12,311 bases of DNA, taken from contig JBCNVM010000019.1 in NCBI GenBank assembly GCA_039630085.1, positions 1-12,311 of the forward strand, read 5' to 3'. The position numbers and the translations under genes were made by a program. Below, one piece after another: positions 1 to 7,479 of the stretch (positions are counted from its first letter, which is position 1; each line of letters starts with the position of its first letter). The notes beneath the pieces were generated by a model. It saw only the letters and a program-made list of their open reading frames with translations. It had not been told where the DNA came from and made no database searches. The DNA comes from Candidatus Caldarchaeales archaeon (lineage in GTDB: Archaea; Thermoproteota; Nitrososphaeria_A; Caldarchaeales; Calditenuaceae).

Positions 1-198
1 TCAGAACTGCGGCCCGAGCCAGAGCGTCAGCCCGGTCGGGTGCACCCTTATCGAGGACTGGGTCGTTTCGCCATCTTTGAAGGACAAGGGGGAGTCGCGT
101 TAATCTCCGCACCCGGGTTCAATCGGGCGAATTCCGCCTCCGGAATCCGAAACCGCGGATACGTCGTGACAAGCTCTCAAACGATGCTGCGAGTTCGC

Positions 199-211
199 GT
201 CAACTTTATGA
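199..211 (+). promoter_or_regulatory. Putative archaeal BRE/TATA promoter of the oxidase operon
   Basis: GTCAAC-TTTATGA; TTTATG at 205-210 lies 27 nt before ATG 238, typical spacing for a leaderless or short-leader archaeal transcript. Confidence 0.5.
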
Positions 212-237
212 CGTGAATTGAGGAGACTTCAATAAGC

Positions 238-870
238 ATGGTCTCGACCTCGGCGGAGGCCGTCTATGGGCTCTTCAACCTCTTCCTTACGCTGGGTACT
301 CTGGTGGGCGTGGTAGTCGGCGCGTACATGCTCTACAACGTGCTCAGGTACAGGGCGAAGGAGGAGAAGCCGGCTGAGGGAGAAGTGAGCCTCGGCGAGC
401 TCCCGCCCCGTCAGGGCTTTCCCGCGAAGCTCCTAGTCTCACTCCTCCTGAGCGGCGCGATCGTAATATCCTTGATCGTGGGGACCTTCTCGACGCTTGA
501 GTACCTCGAGTCTCCACCGAGGGACGCCTTCGAGGTCAGGGTCATCGCGTTCCAGTGGGGTTGGGAGTTCGTCTACCCGAACGGCGTAACGGTCCTCGGG
601 GAGGGCAGGATTCCGGCCAACAGGCCGGTCAAGTTCATCATAACCAGCAGGGACGTCTTCCACAAGTTCGGTGTCCTCGAGCTGGGCATAGGAATAGACG
701 CGATACCCGGCAAGATCAATTACTACTGGACTGAGGTGGAGGTTCCGGGGACTTACGAGATTAGGTGCTTCGAGCTCTGCGGCACCGGCCACGGCGTGAT
801 GATAGGTAAGCTTATTGTGATGCCGCCTTCCGAGTTCGACAAGTGGTACAAGGGTCAGGGAGGTGGTTGA
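238..870 (+). CDS. coxB: Heme-copper (cytochrome c) oxidase subunit II, CuA-containing
   Basis: Two N-terminal TM helices, aromatic FQWGWEFVY motif, DVFH and CFELCGTGHGVM binuclear CuA ligands. No signal peptide or fused cytochrome c is visible. Confidence 0.96.
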   Translation: MVSTSAEAVYGLFNLFLTLGTLVGVVVGAYMLYNVLRYRAKEEKPAEGEVSLGELPPRQGFPAKLLVSLLLSGAIVISLIVGTFSTLEYLESPPRDAFEVRVIAFQWGWEFVYPNGVTVLGEGRIPANRPVKFIITSRDVFHKFGVLELGIGIDAIPGKINYYWTEVEVPGTYEIRCFELCGTGHGVMIGKLIVMPPSEFDKWYKGQGGG

Positions 871-3202
871 GGTGGCGCCCGATCCCCTGCCTCCGGCCTC
901 CTCGATCAAGAGATGGCTGATGACGACCAACCATAAGGACGTCGGGATACTCTACTTGGTCACGTCGCTCTACTTCCTGATAGTCGGGGGTGTCCTCGCG
1001 CTCCTCTTCCGGTTCCAGCTGACAGACCCGGCCCTGAACTTCCTGAACGCCCAGAAGTTCAACCAGGCCGTGACCATGCACGGGTTAATCATGATTCTCT
1101 TCGTGATATCGCCGTTGGGCTTTGCGTTCGCGAATTACGTCGTGCCCCTCCAGATCGGCGCTAGGGATCTCGCGTTCCCGAGGCTTAACGCCCTGAGTTA
1201 CTGGCTTTACCTTTTCGGGGGGACTCTAGCCGTCATCTCGTTCTTCCAGGACAGCGCCATAGATGCGGGCTGGACGATGTACGCGCCTTTGACAGGTAAG
1301 CGATTTTCACCATACGTCGGAGTCGACACAGGTGGGCTCGGCGTGGCCCTGCTCGTCGCCTCGGTCACCGTCTCTACCATCAACTTCGTCGTCACGATCT
1401 TCAGGTCGAGGGCCCAAGGGCTCACGATCAACAAGCTGCCGATGTTCACCTTCACGATCCTACTGACGGTTCTCATGATGCTCTACGCGTTCCCAGCACT
1501 CCTCGCCGCGATTGTCATCCTGATCTCCGACAGGACTCTCGGGACGGTCTACTTCACCTCGCCTGAGGGTGGCGCGCTTCTCTGGGACCACGTCTTCTGG
1601 TTCTTCGGTCACCCCGAAGTCTACATCGTCCTCTTCCCCGCACTGGGGGCTGTTGCTGAAGTCATTCAAGCCTCGACGAAAAGGCACCTCTACGGAAGGA
1701 CCGCCGTGATGATAGCCATGGCGATCGTCGCGGTTCTGAGCTTCTTGGTCTGGGGTCACCACATGTTCAACACCGGCATCAGCCAAGACATCCGTAGGGT
1801 CTTCACCATAACGACTATCGCGATCTCGATACCCTTCGACGCGATCATCCTCTCGTACATTTACTCGTTGGCAAAGGCGAGGATCAGGATTAACACGCCG
1901 ATGCTCTTCGCGCTCGGGACAATAGGCGTCTTCATCATCGGCGGGATCACCGGTGTCTTCCTCGGGTCCAACGTCCTCGATTACATCTTGAGGGGCACCT
2001 ACTTCGTCGTGGCCCACTTCCACTACACGATGGTCGGCGGAGGGCTGCTGGGCCTGATCGCGGGAATCTACTACTGGTATCCGAAGATGACCGGGAGGAT
2101 GTTCGACGAGAGGCTCGGCAGGATCCACTTCGTCGTCTCGATGATCGGATACAACCTCCTCTACTTCCCGCTATTCATAGCTTGGGAAACCCCGAGGAGG
2201 GTGCCCATCTACCAGCAGGATCTGATACTTTGGCACCAACTCGCAACCGCTGGAGGGGTCGTCTTCGGCCTTTCGTTCCTTATTATGTTCTGGAACCTAC
2301 TCTGGAGCCTCAGGAACGGAGCGCCGGCCGGGAACAACCCGTGGGGAGCCTTCACCCTCGAATGGGCCACCGAGTCGCCGCCGCCTCCGAACAACTTCCC
2401 GGGCATCCCGACGTTCTCCGGCGGAAAGCTCGCGTTCATCTCGACGAACGGCGCCGTGCATGGTCACCACGAGACCCACCTCTCGCCATACCCGTTCGCG
2501 GTCAGCCTCGGCGCGTTCCTAGCTCTGGCCGGACTAACCGTGCACCCGCTACTGTTGCCGGTGGGGATAGCGGTCTTCGCCGCGAGTGTGGTCGGATGGG
2601 GGAGGGAGAGGTTCATCGCCCACGAGGACCCGATAGGCGAGCGCTGGCCCTTCGAGGGCGTCGACAGGGTCAAGCTGGGGTGGTGGACGTTCATCGCCTC
2701 CGAGATCGCGCTCTTCGGGATCGTAATCTCCGCCTACCTCTACGTCAGGACCGCATCGGCTTCCTGGCCCGCGCCGGGTGCCCTGTTCGACGTCTGGCAC
2801 GGTGCCGTCAACACGTTCGTCCTTTTGACCAGCAGTCTGACAGTGGTCCTCGCGCTGGCCTCCGCTAAGGCCGACAGGAAGGGGATGACGACTGCCTTCC
2901 TCACGGCAACCATCGCGCTCGGGCTCCTCTTCCTCGTCAACAAGTACGACGAGTGGTCCCATCTCTTCAAGCACGGCGTCACCTTCGGGAGCTCCCTCCC
3001 GGCCTCGACCTTCTTCCTGACGACTGGCCTCCACGGAGCCCATGTGACTGCCGGTGTGTTAGCTCTGCTCTACCTCGCCTACAGGTCCGCCAAGGGCGCG
3101 TACGGGAAGGACAACTGGGAGCCGATCGAGTACTTCGGTTACTACTGGCACTTCGTCGACATCGTCTGGGTCTTCCTCTTCCCGCTGTTCTACCTCGTCT
3201 GA
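863..3202 (+). CDS. coxAC: Heme-copper oxidase subunit I + III fusion (A-family, A1 GHPEVY motif); true start may be GTG 872
   Basis: TTNHKDVG, TMHG, GARDLAFPRLN, GWTMYAPL, WFFGHPEVY, WGHH, VAHFH and PRR motifs of subunit I, followed in frame by subunit III motifs FIASE, GLHGAHV and YWHFVDIVW. SD-like GGAGGTG at 859-865 favours GTG 872 as start. Confidence 0.96.
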   Translation: MVEVAPDPLPPASSIKRWLMTTNHKDVGILYLVTSLYFLIVGGVLALLFRFQLTDPALNFLNAQKFNQAVTMHGLIMILFVISPLGFAFANYVVPLQIGARDLAFPRLNALSYWLYLFGGTLAVISFFQDSAIDAGWTMYAPLTGKRFSPYVGVDTGGLGVALLVASVTVSTINFVVTIFRSRAQGLTINKLPMFTFTILLTVLMMLYAFPALLAAIVILISDRTLGTVYFTSPEGGALLWDHVFWFFGHPEVYIVLFPALGAVAEVIQASTKRHLYGRTAVMIAMAIVAVLSFLVWGHHMFNTGISQDIRRVFTITTIAISIPFDAIILSYIYSLAKARIRINTPMLFALGTIGVFIIGGITGVFLGSNVLDYILRGTYFVVAHFHYTMVGGGLLGLIAGIYYWYPKMTGRMFDERLGRIHFVVSMIGYNLLYFPLFIAWETPRRVPIYQQDLILWHQLATAGGVVFGLSFLIMFWNLLWSLRNGAPAGNNPWGAFTLEWATESPPPPNNFPGIPTFSGGKLAFISTNGAVHGHHETHLSPYPFAVSLGAFLALAGLTVHPLLLPVGIAVFAASVVGWGRERFIAHEDPIGERWPFEGVDRVKLGWWTFIASEIALFGIVISAYLYVRTASASWPAPGALFDVWHGAVNTFVLLTSSLTVVLALASAKADRKGMTTAFLTATIALGLLFLVNKYDEWSHLFKHGVTFGSSLPASTFFLTTGLHGAHVTAGVLALLYLAYRSAKGAYGKDNWEPIEYFGYYWHFVDIVWVFLFPLFYLV

Positions 3203-3241
3203 CGGGCTGCCCAGAACCCCTGACTGCCTCCGCTTAACAGA

Positions 3242-3260
3242 TTTTAAAAACTCTTAAACG
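3242..3260 (+). promoter_or_regulatory. Putative BRE/TATA promoter of the acyl-CoA synthetase gene
   Basis: AT-rich island TTTTAAAAACT-CTTAAA; CTTAAA at 3253-3258 lies 25 nt before ATG 3284, and there is no SD. Confidence 0.6.
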
Positions 3261-3283
3261 GGAGCTCGGGCTCGCTCAAGCCG

Positions 3284-5230
3284 ATGAGCGAACGCTCGGA
3301 GGACCCGATCAGGGCCTTCAGGGATCTCTGGGAGGAGGAAAGGAGGGACCCGCACGGCTTCTGGAGCAGGAGGGTGGAAGAGGCGTGGGAGCGGGGCGAT
3401 GTCGTCTGGTTCCGGAGGTGGGAGAGGACCCTCGAGTGGAGCTATCCGAGGTTCTCATGGTTCATCGGAGGCAAGACCAACGTCTCCTACAGCTGCCTCG
3501 ACGCCAAGCTTCAGAGGTACGGAGGTAAGCCGGCCTACATCTACCACTCGCCGGAACTCGGCCTCTCCTACTCGGTCACATACGACGAGCTATCGTCGAT
3601 CGTCAGGCGTTACGCGGCGGCCCTCCGGGGATCAGGGGTGGGGCGCGGGGACAGGGTCCTCGTCTACATGCCGAACTCGGTCGAGGCGGCCGCGATGATG
3701 CTGGCGTGCGCCCGGATCGGCGCGATCTCCTGCACGGTCTTCTCCGGGTTCTCTTCGGAGGCGGTGGCCGACAGGATCGAGCTGACGGCCCCTAAGCTGG
3801 TCCTGACCCAGGACTTCCTCGTCAGGAGGGGCAAGGACGTCCCTCTGAAGCAGAAGCTCGACAAGGCCCTCGAGCGGTTCCCCGGGATGAAGGTCACGAA
3901 GGTCATCAAGAGGGTGAGGCCCTCAGAGGAGATCGAGATGAGGGAGAACGACCTCACGCTGGAGGAGTTCCTGAGGCTCGGCGAAGGCGAGAGCCACGAG
4001 CTGGTCGAGACCGACGCCGGCGACCCGATCTTCGTCATGCCCACTTCCGGGACGACGGCAAAGCCCAAGCCGGTCGTGCACGTCCACGGAGGTTACCAGG
4101 TCTGGAACTACTGGGCGGCGAAATGGATCTATGGGCTGGAGCCCGAAGACATCGTCTTCAACACCTCCGACATCGGGTGGATCGTCGGTCAGAGCTACAT
4201 CGTCTTCGGGCCGCTCCTCGCCGGCGCGACCGCGGTGATTTACGACGGCACTCCGGACTACCCGCACACCGGGGTCTGGTGGGAAGCGATCTCGAAGTAC
4301 AGGGCGACGCTCTTCTGGACCTCACCGACGGGGCTGAGGATGCTGAGGAGGTTCGGTACCGAGCTGGCGAAGGGGTACGACCTCAGCTCTGTCAAGAGGG
4401 TCGCGGTAGCAGGGGAGGTCCTCAACCCCGAGGTCTGGAGGTGGCTCCAGGTCGACGTCTTCGAGAACAGGATCCCGGTGATAGACCACATGTGGCAGAC
4501 CGAGACGACCGGCGCGCTCTTCGGCTACCCCTACGGCATCGGAGGCAACAGCGTGATGAGATACATCAAGCCGGGGTCCGCGGGGCTGCCCCTGCCGGGC
4601 GTGGACCCGGTCGTCTACGACGAGGCGGGGAGGGAGGAGCTGCCAAGGGGGCAGAAGGGAGTCCTCTACCTCAGGAGGCCCTTCCCCGGGCTGACGCCGA
4701 CCCTCTGGGACAGCTTCGAGAGGTACGTCTCCTCATACTGGGAGGTAAGGGCTAAGGGCCTCTACTGCACCGGTGACGCGGCGATGATCGACCAAGACGG
4801 ATATGTCTGGTTCAGCGGGAGGGCTGACGAGATAATCAAGATCTCCGGGCACAGGATAGGGACGATCGAGGTCGAGAGCAGCCTGATAACGCACCCCGCG
4901 GTCGCCGAGGCAGGAGTCTGCGGCGTCCCCGACGAGCTCAGGGGCGAGGTTGTCGCGTCGTTCGTGGTGCTCAAGCCCGGATATTCACCCAGCGAGGAGC
5001 TGAAGAGGGAGCTGATCCAGCACGTCAGGGATACACTGGGACCGATCGTCGTCATCAGGGACCTGAGGTTCGTCAACATGCTCCCTAAGACTAGGAGCGG
5101 GAAGATCATGAGGAGGGTGATGAGGAGGCTGTGGCTCGGCCAGGACCTCGGCGACCTCTCGACCCTCGAGGAGGAGGCCTCCGTTGAGGAGATAAGGGAA
5201 GCAGTCGTCAAGATGAAGGAGGTCGGATGA
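3284..5230 (+). CDS. acs: AMP-forming short-chain acyl-CoA synthetase (acetate/propionate--CoA ligase family)
   Basis: MLACARIGA..VFSGFS, TSGTTAKPK P-loop, DIGW, WQTET, YCTGD, GRADEIIKISGHRIG and PKTRSGKIMRR (catalytic/acetylated Lys). Confidence 0.93.
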   Translation: MSERSEDPIRAFRDLWEEERRDPHGFWSRRVEEAWERGDVVWFRRWERTLEWSYPRFSWFIGGKTNVSYSCLDAKLQRYGGKPAYIYHSPELGLSYSVTYDELSSIVRRYAAALRGSGVGRGDRVLVYMPNSVEAAAMMLACARIGAISCTVFSGFSSEAVADRIELTAPKLVLTQDFLVRRGKDVPLKQKLDKALERFPGMKVTKVIKRVRPSEEIEMRENDLTLEEFLRLGEGESHELVETDAGDPIFVMPTSGTTAKPKPVVHVHGGYQVWNYWAAKWIYGLEPEDIVFNTSDIGWIVGQSYIVFGPLLAGATAVIYDGTPDYPHTGVWWEAISKYRATLFWTSPTGLRMLRRFGTELAKGYDLSSVKRVAVAGEVLNPEVWRWLQVDVFENRIPVIDHMWQTETTGALFGYPYGIGGNSVMRYIKPGSAGLPLPGVDPVVYDEAGREELPRGQKGVLYLRRPFPGLTPTLWDSFERYVSSYWEVRAKGLYCTGDAAMIDQDGYVWFSGRADEIIKISGHRIGTIEVESSLITHPAVAEAGVCGVPDELRGEVVASFVVLKPGYSPSEELKRELIQHVRDTLGPIVVIRDLRFVNMLPKTRSGKIMRRVMRRLWLGQDLGDLSTLEEEASVEEIREAVVKMKEVG

Positions 5231-5256
5231 AGTGGAGCAAAACTGGGGACGGGTCG

Positions 5257-6654
5257 TCACACCAGCAAGAGCCAGGCGATCGCGACGGCGGTCGGGACCA
5301 GCGCCCCGACCAAACCCGGTTTTATCCAACCCATGAACGATACGTGGCCTAGCCTCTGCCTCTCGACCATGCCGATCGCGACGATGTTAGCCGTGCTACC
5401 GATCATGGTTAAATTGCCGACGTAGGTCCCGGCGAAGAGCATCGCCCACCAGACCTTCTCGGAGACCGCCCCGGAAGCGAGCATCTCCTGCACGACAGGA
5501 ATCCAGAACGCGACCGCCAGCACGTTGTCCATGAAGGCCGTCATGAACCCGACTATCGAGTAGAGGACCGATATCACCGCGATCTCCCCTGCCCTGCCGA
5601 AGGCGGAAGTAAGGGCACCCGAGATGAATCCCGTAACGCCCGTGTATCTCAGCGTGCCCACAGACGCGAAGAAGAGCATGAAGAAGGTCAGCGTCCACCA
5701 GTCGACCCGCTTCTCGACTAGGTCCCTCGCCTTCTCCCTCTCGAGGAGGAGGACCGTCCCAGCACCGGCCATCGCGACCCCGATCAACATTGTGTTCTTC
5801 TTCAGCTTCAGCATCTCCTCTATCGGCGTGTGGAGAACGAGCCCTCCTATCACTCCCAAGAAGACGAGCAGGGCGGTCCTGTCGAGCCTGTTGTTCGACT
5901 TGGGGTTGTTGGCGCGGGCCAGTTGGACCCTCTCCTCCCTCGTGGCCCTCAGCTTGACGTCGAGCTCGCCGAGGAACCTCCTGTAGTAGAGGAAACACGT
6001 CGCATAGGTGACGAGCGTCGCGGTTATCGCGGGAGGCGTCGCCCACCTGAGGAAGTCTAGGAACCCGTAGCCCGAACTCAGGGCAATCATTACCCCGATC
6101 GGGTTGCCAACTACAGTGGCGCTGCTCCCTATGTTGGTCGCGAAGACCGTCATCAGCATCAGCGGGACCAGCGGGACCTGGAACCTACTCGCTAACGTGA
6201 TCACGGACGTCATCATGAACAGTATCGAGGTGACCTCGTCCACCAAGGCAGCCGAGAGGGCCGACATCAGCATCAGTATTAGTATCAGCCTCGAGGCGCT
6301 CCCGCCTCCAACACCAAGGACCCTGTCGACCACGACTTCGAAGAACCTCCTCTCCTCAAGGAAGCCGATCACCGTCATCATGCAGAGGAGGAACGCGATC
6401 ACGTCTATCCTCGCGAACTCGATGAAAGTGGCGACGTCCATAAGCCCCGCCCCCATGAGGATGAAGATCCCGACCATCGCGAAGGCGAGCCTGAACCTCC
6501 AGAAGAGGAGCGTTCCGCCGATGATTCCCGTGAAGACGGCCATCGCTATGGCCTGCGGCGCCCCTAGACCCGCGAGGAGCGTCAGCCCTCCGAAGGTCAG
6601 CGGTATGACGGGATAGACGAACCCCTTAAGGCCCTCGTGTCCGATCGGCCTCAT
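5257..6654 (-). CDS. ArsB/NhaD superfamily (SLC13/CitMHS-like) permease
   Basis: Very hydrophobic 465 aa protein with duplicated IT-superfamily motifs SALVDEVT / TAFMDNVL and TNIGSSATVVGNP / GNLTMIGSTAN, plus VDWWTLTFF. SD-like GGGGAG upstream. Substrate unknown. Confidence 0.88.
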   Translation of the reverse strand: MRPIGHEGLKGFVYPVIPLTFGGLTLLAGLGAPQAIAMAVFTGIIGGTLLFWRFRLAFAMVGIFILMGAGLMDVATFIEFARIDVIAFLLCMMTVIGFLEERRFFEVVVDRVLGVGGGSASRLILILMLMSALSAALVDEVTSILFMMTSVITLASRFQVPLVPLMLMTVFATNIGSSATVVGNPIGVMIALSSGYGFLDFLRWATPPAITATLVTYATCFLYYRRFLGELDVKLRATREERVQLARANNPKSNNRLDRTALLVFLGVIGGLVLHTPIEEMLKLKKNTMLIGVAMAGAGTVLLLEREKARDLVEKRVDWWTLTFFMLFFASVGTLRYTGVTGFISGALTSAFGRAGEIAVISVLYSIVGFMTAFMDNVLAVAFWIPVVQEMLASGAVSEKVWWAMLFAGTYVGNLTMIGSTANIVAIGMVERQRLGHVSFMGWIKPGLVGALVPTAVAIAWLLLV

Positions 6655-6770
6655 GGCTCGAGCACTCCCCTGCTTTCTGCCCTCGCAGCATCAGCTCCCA
6701 TGTGGAGGAACTCGGACCCGACGCACGTGAGGTGAAAGGCCCCGATCATCGTCGGCTCGGCCGCGCCCAT
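6651..6770 (-). other. Candidate 39-aa upstream ORF or structured 5' leader of the permease
   Basis: ATG 6770 lies 25 nt downstream of the TATA box. The frame MGAAEPTMIGAFHLTCVGSEFLHMGADAARAESRGVLEP ends in a TGA overlapping the permease ATG (ATGA). Confidence 0.4.
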
Positions 6771-6795
6771 TTCAGCCTTCTCTTATCTCATGCTC

Positions 6796-6808
6796 TATAA
6801 ATTTTTGG
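6796..6808 (-). promoter_or_regulatory. BRE/TATA promoter of the permease transcript
   Basis: Minus strand reads CCAAAAA-TTTATA, a near-consensus archaeal BRE + TATA. Confidence 0.7.
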
Positions 6809-7161
6809 TGTCGTTATGTCAAGGTTAGACGGGCGCGACTTAGCGGTGCCAGTTCGGCTCGAACTCGCGTGTGGCGTGCCTCGCCGCATGGGCGATGTCT
6901 TCTGATCGCCGTCGAATCGGCCCCACGGCCACACCTCTGGGAATCAGAGTTCTACGAATCATTCGCGGGATATATGAGTTGATGTTCGTTTTTCCATCCG
7001 GATGGTAACAGAAATGAACCGCGAAAATCGGACCGGTGCGGATCTCGTCGCCAGTAGCCCCTCTGGTGCGCGAGAGTTGAGCATTTGTCTAATTTCGCGG
7101 AGAGTGAAGATATAAGAAATCGATCGGCAGCAGGCTATTCATTAATTCACGATATATTCGC

Positions 7162-7180
7162 TTTTTTAAAGGTTTATATA
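7162..7180 (+). promoter_or_regulatory. BRE/TATA promoter of the DUF4212-symporter operon
   Basis: TTTTTTAAAGG-TTTATATA; TATA at 7173-7180 lies 23 nt before GTG 7204. Confidence 0.75.
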
Positions 7181-7203
7181 CTACCATTTTCCGCTTACCG
7201 GGC

Positions 7204-7479
7204 GTGACGAAAGGAGATCCGTACAGGTGGTACTGGAAACGACTGGCGACCGTGACGCTGGTCTGGCTCGTGATCTAGCTGTTCATCGCGGTGTTGATCG
7301 AGATTCCGAACCCGTACGTGTTCAGAGGGATCAGGATCGGGTCGCTGCCGCCGCTCCACTGGTACGTGCCGGCGTTCATCGTGATCGTCGTGGGCATTCT
7401 GGCTATCTTCGCCTACGCGGCCTACATGGACCGGGTCGACAGGGAGTTCCTGAAGTTGGTCAGGGAGGGTGAGAAGTGA
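7204..7479 (+). pseudogene. DUF4212-family small membrane subunit of the solute symporter, interrupted by an in-frame TAG at codon 25
   Basis: Reading from GTG 7204: MTKGDPYRWYWKRLATVTLVWLVI*LFIAVLIEIPNPYVFRGIRIGSLPPLHWYVPAFIVIVVGILAIFAYAAYMDRVDREF. Shows the YW..(hydrophobic), PLHWY and Y..YMDRVD..F pattern of DUF4212, sits directly before the symporter and is correctly spaced from the TATA box. The ORF track gives only 7291-7479. Confidence 0.75.

Noticed and set aside
111-130. tRNA T-arm-like CCCGGGTTCAATC
   Set aside because: The T stem does not pair and there is no acceptor, D or anticodon arm.
1-237. Possible partial gene at the left edge (+ frame ending TAA 101-103, or - frame from GTG 112)
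   Set aside because: Several short frames are open, but none has recognisable motifs or clear coding bias.
1610-1624. Assigning the oxidase as a nitric oxide reductase
   Set aside because: The cross-linking Tyr of HPEVY and three CuB His are retained, which indicates O2 reductase chemistry.
6685-6755. Fluoride riboswitch or C/D-box sRNA in the permease leader (CGATGA ... GCTGATG)
   Set aside because: It lacks the GGnGAUG..UCnCC P1 with AAC and GAUGAC pseudoknot, and has no properly spaced C'/D' boxes.
6891-6910. GGCGATG...TCGCC resembling fluoride riboswitch P1
   Set aside because: Loop length is wrong, there is no downstream GCTRATGAC, and it lies upstream of the operon promoter.
7125-7140. 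AGCAGGCTA resembling SRP RNA helix 8
   Set aside because: The partner CCAGG strand and GNRA tetraloop are absent.
7276-7278. Genome-wide TAG reassignment
   Set aside because: TAG terminates actP (9246-9248) and the exonuclease (11379-11381) at expected lengths, and no other gene has internal TAGs.
7227-7472. 81-aa ORF from the track as the gene upstream of actP
   Set aside because: Wrong frame; the DUF4212-like hydrophobic product is in the 7204/7291 frame.
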